From Cetorhinus maximus (Eukaryota), in assembly GCF_964194155.1 (NCBI RefSeq), contig NC_135890.1, positions 39,370,001-39,434,000 of the forward strand: 64,000 bases of DNA, written 5' to 3'. Positions within the stretch are counted from its first letter, which is position 1; each line of letters opens with the position of its first letter. Under the pieces are notes generated by a model. The model had not been told where the DNA came from. It did not search any database and was given only the letters and a program-made list of their open reading frames with translations. Positions 1-12,940 of the stretch are shown in pieces. The translations under genes and the position numbers were made by a program.

Positions 1-440
1 GAATGATAGAAAACAGGGTGTGGCAGAACTTTGAGTGTTGGGTAGCAGATGGGGATGGAGCTGCTGAGTGCCACATTTTCCCTGCACCTCTTCCAGAAAT
101 GTAGCCTCCTTTCTCTGCCACACTACACAATGCAACCCACCACCTCCAACTCAAACAGAAAGAAAAAAAGGCAGCACAAGAAGCAACACCTATGAGGAAG
201 AGATAAACGGAAGAGAGCTTGAAGCAGGAGAGATAGAAAGAGGGCAACTGAAAGTTGAACAGAGCACCTCTTGTGGCTGAGGTCCCACTCCCTCCCAGAG
301 CAGCCATCTTGTATGGGTTATTCATCAATTTAGATATTGTGGTTGCATTAAAATTCTACATTTTCATTTAATCAGTGTTGATATTTGTGATTCAATTTAT
401 AAGTCAACTTAAACGCAGCCGACTGGCAGAGGGACCATGA

Positions 441-562
441 GGGTGAAATTGGTCTTGTACAGCAGCATCGCTAGTTGCCACGTTCTCTTTGCCATTGAGT
501 GCAAAAGAGACAACTGACAGCTATTGCCCCTTTTGTGCTAAGACCCAAGACCAATTTTACCC
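441..562. mobile_element. Short MITE
   Basis: TIRs GGGTGAAATTGGTCTTG / CAAGACCAATTTTACCC. Confidence 0.7.
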
Positions 563-704
563 CACATTCTCCATCAGAGTGCACAACACCACAGGAGGTC
601 CATTTGTTGCGAATAGATCCTTCTGTAAATCATCATGACATCCTAACCCAATCTTTCACATTTAAAATCCATTGTTGTAGACTATCAAATGTGCTTTCCC
701 TTAC

Positions 705-804
705 CTGACCAATCAATGAATTCTGGGGTTTTCCTGCTTTCAGAAGGACTGGCAGGATGTTTCTTTCTTTTTTCAGTTTCTCTAGCTTCCGCAACAGTGA
801 CTTC
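705..804 (-). CDS. DYRK4: Second coding exon (KSLLRKLEKLKKERNILPVLLKAGKPQNSLIGQ), probably DYRK4 N-terminus
   Basis: atttacag acceptor, CAG|gtaagg donor, 100 nt open in phase 2 to 0; kinase domain lies outside the window. Confidence 0.55.
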
Positions 805-2025
805 CTGTAAATTGACGTTTGTACTTCTCAAATTAAAACGTATTGCTGGTTCTTCTCATTTTTTTCAACAGTTTACTTGTTAAAACGTTCAGCACAAGCT
901 ACTTAGATATTTGACATTAATTATATTCACTTCTTCACATCTGCAAATTATGTTACCCCCTAAGGCTATGCCTTACGCTTTAAGCTTAAAGTTTTGAAGT
1001 AAATACTTAAAGTAATTATCTTTTGACCCTCTAACGTGTATAGAGGGGCCATAGAAAACAACCATTAAGTGTCATGTTTTACATAGAACATCCAATCGAA
1101 GGTATTTAAATAATTTTGAAGAATTTATTCATTTATATTCTGTCTCTCTGCTGCACTCATTTGCCAGTCAGTCACATCAAAAGGTGTAAGTTAGGGGTTG
1201 CTATGCCAGCATCCATAACACAAGCAGCCATTTTTTAGCACGTTTCGTATTTTGTCATTGAAAATTCCTTTGATTCAGGGAAAGAAAAAAGCAAAAGATT
1301 ATTGTTTTGCTTTAGCTGTGTAACGTCTAGGAGGTAGACAAGAGACACAATCAAAAATCCCTACTTAAAGTTTTAAAATGAAAAGCAAGAAACGCTCAAA
1401 CTTTTAATATATCGGAATATATTTATTTTAGTTAATATTCCATATTTACCACTTCAAATGCAAATACTGTGGAGAATCAAATTGCTCTGGCAAGTTCGAT
1501 TCAAGCATGTTTGAATGTAACGCGATTTTATGCCGAAATTATGTGAAAACCATTTACACAGTATTTAGAAAAACCCTCACTATATTGTTGTCCTGCGAAA
1601 ATAAAGTAGCACTCTGCATTTTGTAACAAAAACACGGGGGAGAGGCTGTTACACTATGATGGAATCTGGAGTGTAAATTCAGTGACAACGGGGTTTTCTC
1701 TAGTGGTTTCAGTAATTGCTCAGTTGCTTTGTGAGTGCTGCAAAAAAACTGCAGCGGGGCTGTAGTCAGTATGTGACAACACAAGAGAGCATCTCCCTCT
1801 TGAGCCTCCTCTGTTCGGGTAAGCGCCAGCATGATTTTTGTGTAACTAGACATTTCCTAAAGCCCCGCCACCTGGCAAAAAAAAACACTGGGGAAGTTGT
1901 TGAATTCAACCGGGCTGCAAAATTGTGCTGCTCCTCAGCTGTCTGCTGCTGCTGCCCACTTCTTGTTGCCTTTTGCACAATATTCTAAAACTAATGCAAT
2001 CGTATTAATCAGAACAAGTTCTTAC

Positions 2026-2042
2026 TTGCTGCCATTTGACAT
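2026..2042 (-). CDS. DYRK4: First coding exon (MSNGSK) of downstream gene, probably DYRK4
   Basis: ATG TCA AAT GGC AGC AA|gtaaga next to a CpG/X-box promoter; in phase with exon 705-804; identity inferred from RAD51AP1-DYRK4 synteny in vertebrates. Confidence 0.55.
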
Positions 2043-2084
2043 GTCTGAGATGTTTGGAGCTGGAAGCTACGCGCGCTCCAAACC

Positions 2085-2220
2085 TCCAATATCTTCAGCC
2101 ATAGCAACGTTAGGGCGTAACCATGGCGACCGAGTAACCATTGTGACATCAGCGCCGCTCCTGTCATGCGTCGCCTTTTCCAATTGGTTCAAAGCCAACT
2201 TTGACTGCGCTGACCAATCG
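2085..2220 (-). promoter_or_regulatory. CpG-containing promoter with three RFX X-box-like motifs and CCAAT boxes
   Basis: GTAACCATGGCGAC (2117-2130), GTAACCATTGTGAC (2134-2147), half-site CATAGCAAC (2100-2108); CCAATTGG 2180-2187, CCAAT 2214-2218. Confidence 0.65.
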
Positions 2221-3064
2221 GTGAACTTAAGAATGTAACTTGTGCAGTGCCGCTGAGACCAGATGGGAAGCTCACTCATTGCCCTCAGCTCCATATGCTC
2301 AGCTTTGCAGCTCTTGACTCAATCTTACTGCCGCATCTCTCTGATGTCTTACAAACTTACAAAAAAATTATGGCTCAAAAAAATTAGACAACCAATATTG
2401 TAAGTATTTGGAACGCACGCCAGTGGCTTTATTTCTTTCGGTAGAACTAGATCCAGCACTGGTTTCTTCCTCGTTAGGGTAGAAACGTAGTGCTGTAGAA
2501 CGTTCTGATCTGTACACATAGGAATTCTTCACCAACCTTGCCCTTTACATTGTCCATATTAGGGTCATTGCAGTACCCTACTGTTACTGCTCTATTAATT
2601 TTACATTTTTGTCAAATTTATCTACAGATTTGCTCCTCTATTTTCTTCACTATTTGGAAGTGTATAGTAAACTCCCAGCAATGTAACAGCTTTTCTGTTC
2701 CTTAAACCAAATATTCTCATAAAACCACAGTTTTCTAAAACTAACTTTGTGGTATAAACAATGCAATGACAATGTTATCATATTAATTAGAACAAGTTCT
2801 TAAAATTGGCTTAAGTGTACTAAATTGATTTTAGTCTTTGAACCACTAGTATATCATCTATCTACAGAACTGTAATATCCTTGAACAACATTGCCTGGCC
2901 TCTGTTGCAAATACTATAATGTAACCACATGTGACTTATGCCTGTGGCTCATCAACCTTATTAACAAAACTCCATACATTAACACACATGAATTCCAACA
3001 CCACACTAGTCTGTTTGTTTTTTCTCTCTATCTAACTGCTGCTCTTTCTGCATTATTTTTCAAA

Positions 3065-3212
3065 TCTGTTGCTGTTGATCCTGGAGTTTAGAAGAGTGAG
3101 GGGTGATTTTCTGTTGCTGTTGAAACGAGTTTAGAAGAGTGAGGAGTGATTTGATTGAAGGCTCAAGGGGTCGAATGGCCTACTTTATTCCTATTTCTTA
3201 TGTTCTTATATT
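3065..3212 (+). mobile_element. Short CR1 3'-end fragment with duplicated 5' junction
   Basis: GAGTTTAGAAGAGTGAGG (EFRRVR) twice, each preceded by TCTGTTGCTGTTGA; CR1 tail GAATGGCCTACT...TTCTTATGTTCTTA. Confidence 0.55.
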
Positions 3213-3694
3213 CTCAAATCTTGAATCCCCCCAGTTTTCTATGCACATTGTCTCTCCTTTTTGCTGCTATGTCCTGGTTCCCCTCTCCCTGCCAGATTAG
3301 TTTAACCCCTCCACCAGAACACAAATTCACCGCCCCACAAGGACATTGGTCTTGGTCCAGTTCAATTGCAACCCATCTCACTGGTACAGGCCCCTCTTGT
3401 TCCAGAGCTGGTCCCAATGTCCCGAACATATAAAGGCCTTCCTCATTCACCATTTTTTCAGTCAAATAGTTGCTTGGCAGTACAGAACTTAAGTATTGCT
3501 GAGAAAAAAGACACCCTGTCAAAGCTTTTCATCTTGCACTCATCAGGACAGATGCAAAAATACCAAATCTCAAAGGGAACAACAATTTATTCTGCATGAG
3601 AAGAGGGTGCTGATTGGTTGGCAAGTGGACTTTGAGATTTCCTTCTTTATGTATAGTAGTCGACTTCCTGTGGCATTGCACATAGAATCAATGT

Positions 3695-4146
3695 GAAAGA
3701 AAGAGGGGAGAAGGATGAGGGGGAACGAGGAGTGAAAGAAAAAGGGAAGAGGAAAAAAGAATGGAAGGGGAGGGGGAGAAGAGGAGAGGTGAGAAGAAAG
3801 AAGAAAGGAGAGATGGGTCAGAAGAGAAGATGGGAAGATGGGGAAGTGAAAGAATTAATGTACTAGGAAAGGAGAGGAGGAGGAGAGGAGGGGAAGGGAG
3901 ATGAAGATGAGAGGAGAGTGAAAAAAGGAGGAACAGAGGAGAGGGAGCAGTGGCAAAAAGAGAGGAGGGGGATGAAGGATGAGAGAGAAGAGGACAAGGG
4001 AAGGGTACATGTAGGGGAAAGAGGAAATTAAGATGGGGGGGTGAAAAGTGATGGGCAAGGTGGAGGATGGGAGGGTAGAGGAAGACTAAATGAAGTGAAG
4101 GAGGAGAGGAGCAGAAAGGGAAAGGGAACAGCTGGAAGCAGAAAGG
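3695..4146. repeat. Purine (GA)-rich low-complexity tract
   Basis: Nearly pure G/A on plus strand. Confidence 0.85.
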
Positions 4147-4585
4147 TATATATTGGGGTCAACGTTTGAGTCAGTGGGGTTGGAATTCTTTTATTGGTAA
4201 GGAGTGCTAGATAGAGTGTGGGGTCTCAGTGGGGAGATATCCATCTCCGTGGTTTAAAATGTATCTATCATAATAGCTGGGGTTATTCATTACAGTAAAA
4301 TGGAAACATCAAGGTGTTAAATATATTGCTGCCTTTTTAATCAGATATACTATTTGGGTTAAGTGTCCCCTGTATGTGGATCTTTCATCACATACAAAGC
4401 AGTGAGTTTTTAATTGTCCAGTATCCTCATAAATGCAGAAACAACCCAGGGATTAAACAAAGTACCCTGGCCCCTTTAATTATCAAATCTCCCACAAGAT
4501 CCTTCATTTCGGTAGGCAGATGAATTTATACTGTATTCAGACTGACATTCAGGCGACAAACCAATAGACAAAATTATTTAATGGT

Positions 4586-5270
4586 ATGTCTCAGCTGTGG
4601 CTCAGTTGGTAGCACCCTTGCCTCTGAGTCACAAGGTTTCACGTCCAAGTCCCATTCCAGGCTTTGAGCAAAAAAATTAAGGCCTACAGTCCAGTGTGGT
4701 ACTGTTGAAAGTGCTGTCTTTTAGATAAAGCGTTAAACCATCATCTGCTTCAAAAACAGAAAATGCTGGAAAAACTCAGCTGGCCTAACAGCATCTGTGG
4801 AGAAAAAGACAGAGTTAACATTTCGAGTCCATATGACTCTTCTTCAGAGCAACATTCTTCATTGCAACAATTTAAGTCATGCGGACTTGAAATGTTAACT
4901 CTGTCTTTCTCTCCACAGATGCTGTTAGACCTGCTGAGTTTTCCAGCATTTTCTATTTTTGTTTCAGATTTCCGCAGTATTTGGCTTTTACCATCATCTG
5001 CTTGTTTGGTGGATGTAATCATCCATGACATTATTTCGAAGAAGTGCAGGGGAATTATCCCATTTGTGCCGGCCAATCCCTCAATCAACATCAGAAAGGC
5101 AGATTATCTGGTCATTATCACATTGCTGTTTGTGGGAGTTTGCTGTGCCCATATTGGCTGCCACGTTTCCTACATTACAACAGTGATTACACTTCAAAAA
5201 GTACTTCATTGACTGTAAAGTGGCTTGAGATGTCCGGAATTGTTTAAAGCCCTGTATAAATGCAATTTTT
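4586..5270 (+). mobile_element. tRNA-derived Deu-type (SacSINE1-like) SINE interrupted by a palindromic insert
   Basis: Head TGGCTCAGTTGGTAGCAC (A box) with degenerate B box; core shared with copies at 9430, 11695, 27315, 28770, 29165, 36780. Confidence 0.7.
4751..4989. mobile_element. Penelope-pLTR-like inverted-repeat element with hammerhead motif
   Basis: About 85-bp inverted arms; minus strand CTGAAGA-A-GAGTC-atatg-GACTC-GAAATGTTAACT; 14-bp TSD ACCATCATCTGCTT (4737-4750, 4990-5003). Confidence 0.75.
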
Positions 5271-5757
5271 TTAACACAAGTAATGAATAGTATTCGGTAG
5301 CTTTACAGTAATTGCACTTCTGCACAACCTTCAGTCAGCGCTTGAAACATGATCACTTATTTCCATGTTCACAGAGCTAGCTTTATCTTAGTCTTTCTGC
5401 TAGCTTCAGTATGACTCACTAAGTTCATCTAGTTAAGTATAATTCCACAATTGAAAACTCCTGACCAAGTAATCATCAAATGTAATGCAAAGAACAGGCC
5501 CTGCTCTCTCCACTACTCTCCCATTCCCAGCCTACACACACAGTTAATCCGCTATCCCGGGGATATTTCATCACATAGAACAGCCATGTCTCAATCGACT
5601 TTGTATCATTTGCAATAGCTGGTAGCAAATATGTTGTTCAACAAACTATCAAGGACACTATTTAATGAATTATCTCTATGATTCTACATTTAATCAGTTT
5701 TAGCATATTAACCTCCTCTTTGTTCAGCACAAACCAAGCCCCAGATATACAATAAAT

Positions 5758-5820
5758 TCAGAAAATGCTAGAAATACTCAGCAGGTCTGGTAGCATCAGT
5801 GGAGAGAGAAACAGAGATAG
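5758..5820 (-). mobile_element. Truncated arm of the pLTR-like family
   Basis: AAATGCTAGAAATACTCAGCAGGTCTGGTAGCATCAGTGGAGAGAGAAACAGAG matches arms at 4751, 32252, 61675. Confidence 0.6.
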
Positions 5821-7228
5821 CGTGGCCTACCCCGACTACTCACCACGCCGCCCCCCCCTCTCCACAGCTTCTTCAGTTACCCCAGTGATTCCTCAGGCCC
5901 CTGGATTTGGGTTGCTGGCATTGTACTTCATGTCATGAAGCTATCAGCTCAGGCCAATTTTTCTCTCCCACTTCAATTCTGAGACCTGTGCACCCTGCCC
6001 ATGATTAAGCCACAGCTACCAACCCACCTAACATCCTGGCCTTTACCCATGTCCCAATTTTACACCACTCAGCCTTGGAAATGTGGGATTCAGTGGAGAA
6101 GCAGAGGCTAAAGGGGAAATGGGATTTGGAGGAAAAGAGTTGAGTGAGGCAAGGGGTACAGGAACAAGAGATAAAAGGGGCTAGAAATGAAGGGATAGAG
6201 GAGCTGGGGGTAATTGTACCCTATTTTCCCTTGAAGGGATGTAATGATTTTACATCAAACCTTCTATGTATAGATGTCTCTCCATCCCTTCTTCACACTC
6301 ACAGTGACAATTTTAAATTGTCCTCTCCAAACACAGAAAATAGCTTGTTCCTATTCATGCTATAAAATACCCTTCTTTATGTTCTTAACCTTCTCTGCTC
6401 CAGTGGAAGTAGTCCCAGTGTTTCAAGACTGCCCTCAAAACTATAGTTTCTTATCCCTGGCATCACACTGGTAATTCTATGGTGCACAGTGCTCTTCTTT
6501 CTCTAATTGGGAATCCAAAGCTCTACAGTATACTCTAGCTGTGGCTTAACCATTGTCTTGTATGAATTTAATATAACTCTTTCTTGCTGATTTACTTGTA
6601 TTCCATGCATCTATTAATAATACCTAAATTTATATGGGATAAAATTCAATTGTTTGGGGTGATTCATGTTGCTAATGGGAGCTAATGTGCTCAGGTAGAC
6701 CATGGGTCAGAAATAATGTTACAATATTGCAGCCCCCATTCTCTGACACATACTGATCACAATTCCAAGTGGGATTGTGGAATCAGCCTTTATGGTTATT
6801 GGTCACATACCTAAATACTGTAACCAAGCAGCTCTGTGCTGCCACCTTATGGTCAGAGTTTATATGATACCTTCAGAATTGGTTGTCAGATAAAGATTTC
6901 GAATTTGATGCTGTATATTTGACATGATATTGTTAAATTGGGGTGAGAGATCTTGATGTTGGCTCTTTAGTGGAAGTGAATATCATCATGATGCTTATCT
7001 TCAACAAATAAAATTTTCATTCTTCTTGACAATTAATCTCATTTCATCCAGGATTTGAAAAATGGATTTCACTTGGAATAATAAAATTGAAGTTGTATAA
7101 AAGTGGCGAAATTAATGCAAGGATTGTAAAATGGCCCTGACAGATTAAATTATTATTGTTCCCTTGGCCATTGAATTGACCCCAGAGCTCAACATGGAAA
7201 CAGAAATGAAAATCTGCGGGTCTTTCAA

Positions 7229-7865
7229 AGAAAAGTACAGCACAGGATACAGGCCCTTCGGTCCTCCAAGCCTGCGCCGATCATATTGCCTGTCAAACTA
7301 AAACATTTTGCACTTCCGGGGTCCGTATCCCTCTATTCCCATCCTATTCAAGTATTTGTCAAGCTGCCTCTTAAATACCACTATCGTATCTGCTTCCACC
7401 ACCTCCTCTGGCAGCGAATTCCAGACACTCACTACCCTCTGCGTAAAAAACTTGCCCCGCACATCTCCTCTAAAGTTTTCTCCTCTCACCGTAAATCTAT
7501 GTCCCCTAGTAATTGACTCCTCCACCCTGGGAAAAAGCTTCTGACTATCTACTCTGTCCATGCCACTCATAATTTTGTAAACTTCTATCAAGTCGCCCCT
7601 CAATCTCCGTCGTTCTAGTGAGAACAATCAGAGTTTCTCCAACCTCTCCTCATAGCTGATAACCTCCAGACCAGGCAGCATCCTGGTAAACCTCCTCTGC
7701 ACCCTCTCCATATCCTTCTGGTAATGTGGCGACCAGAATTGCATGCAATATTCCAAGTGTGGCCTAACCAAGGTTCTATACAGCTGCAGCATGACTTCCC
7801 AGCTCTTATACTCAATACTCCTGCCAATGAAGGCAAGCATGCCGTATGCCTTCCTGACTACCTTT
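7229..7865 (-). mobile_element. CR1 LINE 3' fragment
   Basis: LYRTLVRPHLEYCMQFWSP, FSLERRRLRGDLIEVYKIM, FFTQRVVSVWNSLP in ORF track. Confidence 0.92.
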
Positions 7866-9159
7866 CATCTGGGACGCCCCTGCTGCTAATCTCTGCTGGT
7901 GATCCCATCAAAGTTAATAGTCAGGCTGAGGTCACTTCACTGAATAAAGCAGGTGGTGGCCTGTGTCACTGGCAGTGCAACTTGGAGACTCAGAGGCGAA
8001 AATTGCAGCAGGGGTCGCCCAATTCCAGGTGGAAGGGTGGCATTGCCTTAACAGGTGATATTCGCCCAAATGGCTTTTTCAAGTGGGCTTAAAAATGGTT
8101 TGCAAATTCTTCAGCATTCAGGCCTGGACCTCTAGGCCTGCCGCCCCCTCAGCATGCTAACCATTCGTCTGGAGATGAGGAAGTTCCTGGCTTGGTTGTC
8201 CATGAACCCTCTGAAGTGGGGACATGTTTGAGGTGGATGAGGTTCTATTTCAAATAAAGCCCTATTGAAACTGATGGCACAGGCTCCCACCTAATTTCCA
8301 GTCCCCCTGCCTTGTAATGCAATGAGAGCGCCACAAGGGTCATAAATTCTCAGCATCAGAAGCACCAAGTTTCTGCACCAGGGGAATCCTCTGCAGCAGT
8401 AGCTAATTGCTTTGGTACATTTCCCTGGATTTCCTTCCTAAGCACTGATATTGCTGCCAATTGATTGAGAACATCATTGACATAATGAAGCACATTTCTG
8501 GTACTTTAATAGGTCTGGGGAATCCAACAAAGATGTCCCAAGTCATTGATTTTCTGCATACTGCACAAACTGACAATTTTCAAAGGACTCTTTTATTAAT
8601 GCCCCAAAAGAGGAGGAGGAAGGTGAAAAAGACCAGCATACTGAGCAGGTAGCCAAGTTACTGTTTCTCAAAGAGCTCATAGAAGGTCACAAAAGTGGGA
8701 CGTTAGGGGCAGGGATCTGCTACAGATTGCTCTGGAGCTGCCACATGATCCAGGACGGATTACACAGTTGTACACACATCCATCACAGTGCCAGATGTAG
8801 TAGTGGCCTCATTCAACTTAACCAAGATCAGAGCACAGTCAGATACTATGCCCAATGCCTGAAGATATTCACAATGTATCAGTTGCAGGAACCAAAGAAA
8901 CATAGGAAGATGGATCTCATGGCACGACTGGCACCTTCCCTCCCACTGTGCCAACAACCGGTTCCTTGCCCATGTGTTTCAGGGCTTCTTCCTTATAAGG
9001 CTGAGCAGGTGGAGGTTGGATTCCTCACCTGTGACAGCTCTCTCATTGCTTAGTGACTACTTCCTAATTGGAGAAAGCAGGCCCTCTGCTTGCTATCTTT
9101 GTGATGTAACCTTAGTGTGAGTAAACATTTCTTATTAGGCGTGTTAACCTAGAGGATAC

Positions 9160-9402
9160 TGCTGTAAGGTTGTTTGGTGTCTCACTAAGAGGTCTAGAGG
9201 CTTGTGTGATTGAACATAAACTGTTTATTGTTAACACACAAGTATATACACAAGGTATAGTACAGCCTTAACTAGGTACGATCAGCATGCTAACTTCTCA
9301 GACTCTCCCTGCACGATTCTGTCCCGTCTATATCATATTGTGGGCGGCACTGTTCTCCAGCCTCACATTAACCCTTGCTATGCTGAACACCCTTACACTA
9401 CA
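9160..9402 (-). mobile_element. Solo LTR
   Basis: TG...CA ends with short inverted termini (TGCTGTAAGG / CCTTACACTACA), 5-bp TSD GATAC (9155-9159, 9403-9407), minus-strand AATAAA near 9225. Confidence 0.7.
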
Positions 9403-9429
9403 GATACCTTTAAAAGTGTGAGAAAAAGG

Positions 9430-9835
9430 AAGACTTGCATTTATATAACACTTTTCACAATGAACAGCATCTTGAAGCATGTTTCAGCCAATGACATACT
9501 TTTGAAGTGTAGTCACTGCTGTAATTTAGGAAGTGCAGCAGCGAAGTTATGCACAACCAACTCCCACAAACACCAACGTGATAATGACCAGATAATCTGT
9601 TTTTATGTTTATTGAGGGATAAATATTGACCAAGACACCTGGGATAACTCCCCTGCGGTACTTTGAAATAGTGCCACAGGATCCACCCAAGCAGACATGA
9701 GGCTCCAGTTTAATGTCTCATCCAAAAGACAGCACCTCCAGCCTTGATTTTTGTGCCCAAGCCCTGTAACAGGAATTGAACCTAGAACCCTTGTGACTCA
9801 GAGGCAAGAGTGCAAACAACTGAACTGCAGCTGGC
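9430..9835 (-). mobile_element. Deu-type SINE
   Basis: Reverse complement of the 4586 family. Confidence 0.7.
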
Positions 9836-10711
9836 ACTGCGAAGGAGAGAAAGGAAGTGTTTGTGTGGAGTGTGGAAGTGTGTTCATTTGAGTTGGGAGG
9901 CTAACAAGGTACTTGTGTGTGAGCAAGGGATGGGCTGCTTTTCAGCCTGTGAATTAGTACATCCTGATGCTATCAAATTCACTGAGGAAATGAATTTATT
10001 CTCCACCTCATAGGGAAGAGAAGCCTTTTGGGATCATTAAGCATTGTAGACATGTCACTTACCCTGAATGTATACAGTTTCAAGTGCTGACCATTTTTGG
10101 AACTTGCATTAACTGTGTTTTTGACACTCTAGACATGTGATGTTTTCATCAGTTATGCAACATCTTGAAATACTGATGCTGTTTGAAGTAGCTTTGCCTA
10201 TTGACGTCAGTGCTGCACAACTGTTGAGGAAGTTACGAGTGAGCTTCCACTACATCTTTTTAATAGATGGCTGAGTCTTTCTGCACATAAACACTTTATT
10301 AGTCATGCTGCTGTCTGTACAGCCAAGGATGCAAGTATTTCACATAATAAACAATGCTCATTTATTTATTACCCTGTATTATGAAATAATATGTCCTGGG
10401 GGAATTTTTTCCCCAGTTTTTGCAACAGAATCTCATCGTAATCTTATCATCTACCACGCAAGGACATTTTTTCTATCTTAGGGATTACATTAAATTTATT
10501 TCCTCTTGTTAATGTCTTGCTGACCAGTGGAAACAATCCACCACTATTTATGTGAACATAATCCTTCATAATTTTGGAGACCTCAGTTGGGTCAATCCTC
10601 TCGCCTTGACAAAATACTCCAACTTTTTATCTTATAGTCAGGGAGGTAAATATTTTTAGAATGATGGAGGTGGAGTTGAAGCAATTGGGTAAACTACCTT
10701 CCTGCGCTCAG

Positions 10712-10980
10712 GTATAAGAGCAAGTTTAGGCCATTTGTCCTTTCAAGCCTATTCTGCCATTCAATATGATCATGGCTGATCTTCTATTTCAAACTTCACC
10801 TTTCTTCACCATCCCATATCCCTCAGTATTCAAAACTCTATCAACCTCTGTCTTGAATATAATGAACAACTGACAATTCACAGCTCTCTAGGGCAAAGAA
10901 TACCAACAATTCACAACCTTTTGAGTGAAGAAGTTTCTCCTTTCAGTCTTAAATGGCCGACCTCTTATTCTGAGACAGTA
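10712..10980 (-). mobile_element. CR1 3' fragment
   Basis: Same tail as 48816 and 56484 copies. Confidence 0.65.
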
Positions 10981-11694
10981 ACCCCCCCCCCCACCCCACA
11001 AAGTTAACTTGTTAGGGGAGGGTTTCACAAACACAGAGATGATTGGTTATTGGGGAGCGGGGTTGGGTGGTTCAGGGACAGCAGGGTCAGCAGTCCGGTT
11101 TACCTCCATGGGACCCAGAGCTCACTTGGCTCCACAAAGACATGTTTTGACCTTTGGGCCCACCATTTCTGCTCTGATTGTTTCTACTGAGCAAGTGTCC
11201 ACAATGGTTGCTCCACTCAATAAAATGCATATATTGACAAGTTAACTGGCTGAGTCAGATGGACACTTCAACTGTCCAGGTAAAGGACAACTTATAATTA
11301 GCAGTGGAGCCATTTTAACTCCCATTTCAAATCGTTTCCCCTGAGCAGAGGAAGTTAAAAATCCTTCAAAATGATTCATAGTCACACCTGGAGAGATAAT
11401 ATAGACCATTATCAGGCTCTTGTTATTTGTAAGAATCAGCATTTACCTTTCATTTAAACAAGAAAAAAAAGTTTTTTGACCAAAATTAGCCAATCATTTA
11501 AAAGAGGTAAAAAGAAAACCAAAAATACTGCAAGTTTAGATAAATGCTGGAAACTCTGCCATAATGAATGATTACATCAAAATGTTAATCTGCCCTTCTC
11601 CTTAAGGTGATAATTAACATTTCTACCATGTTTTGTTTTACCGTGAGAAGGAAGTTTGTTTTGCCATTCCCTATTTTGTGGTTTCAAATTTCAA

Positions 11695-12000
11695 TGTAAT
11701 ACTGAGGAAATACTCCATTGTTGGAGGTACTGTCTCTCCAATGAGACGTTAAACTGAAGCACCATCTCCTGTTCAGGTAGATGTAAAAGATCCCATGGCA
11801 CTATTTGAAGATGAGGAAAGTTCTGCGAGTTTCCTAGCCAATATTCTTCCTTCAACCGCCACCAAAAACAAATTATCTGGTCCTTTATTTCATTTGCCCT
11901 TGTGGGCCCTTGCCATTTGCAAATTGGCTGTTTGTTCGCCAATGTAATGGTGACTACACATTGAAAGCAATCCTTTAGTTGCAAAGTGCTTTCATACATT
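11695..12000 (+). mobile_element. Deu-type SINE (5' truncated)
   Basis: GAGACGTTAAACTGA...GATGTAAAAGATCCCATGGCACTATTTGAAG core. Confidence 0.65.
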
Positions 12001-12085
12001 TCTCATATGCAATAGGGTGTTATTGTAAACTTGCATCATTATAAAAGAAACATTCTACACCCTTCACATTTGTTACAAATGGGTG

Positions 12086-12091
12086 TTTATT
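12086..12091 (-). terminator. Candidate polyadenylation signal for RAD51AP1
   Basis: AATAAA on minus strand about 850 nt after the stop, at the end of unique AT-rich sequence. Confidence 0.45.
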
Positions 12092-12940
12092 TTAAATTTA
12101 CAAAAATAGTTATTTTAATTCCAAACTTGAAACTGTCTTAAGTGTGCATCAAATCCCAGCGACATGGTTAAAAAGGACTTGCAGGTAAATTGTGCTCAGG
12201 CATGAACAGACTTCCAATGTTATTAAATCATACTTGCTTAATAAGAACAATCTTATATTCCAGACCAATTATTAAGCGTCAACAGTCTTTTCAGTCTCTA
12301 AACATTAAAATTCCTTAAAAATAGAAGGTACAATCACACACAAAATATTGACAAGCAGTGCAAGTCTTGAGAGAGTCCTTTCAGGCTATGACAAACTACA
12401 TTGTCAAAAGTTCCAACAGTAAGCCAATGTTACCATCACATAGCCTTCCGCACTGGTTTGGGAAGATTTACTGTGTATCTGATATTGCAAATGTGTTTAT
12501 AACGGTTTAATGCATAGCCCTCAATCACAGAGCAAAAACTTTTACCACATTCACCTGAAATGGACTTTAACTCAGATAGCAAACATGCATTGAACCTTGC
12601 CTGAAAAATGATCAATAACAAGAACCTCAGTTTAGGTGGTGCTCTTAAAAACACTCTCAAGTTGTCAATGTTATATAGTGCCTATTCCGAAAGACACATG
12701 GAAAGGTTTCTTGCTGGCCTCTTTGGGGAGCAACATGTAAAAGTGATGTAGAACATTTCCTCCAATCACTGCTTCTACCAAAATTGTAAACAGGTTCTAA
12801 AAGAAATATACCTTCCTAAACAGATGCATTGCGTGATTTGACAAATCAATCTGATGATAATATGTACTAGAAAATAGATGTCAATAGCACAGCAACAGAG
12901 ATTAAGTTTCATCTTTCTTAAAAGCAGTTTTAAACCATGT

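Noticed and set aside
7985-8900. Possible third Harbinger remnant
   Set aside because: Only faint compositional resemblance; no termini or motifs I can support.
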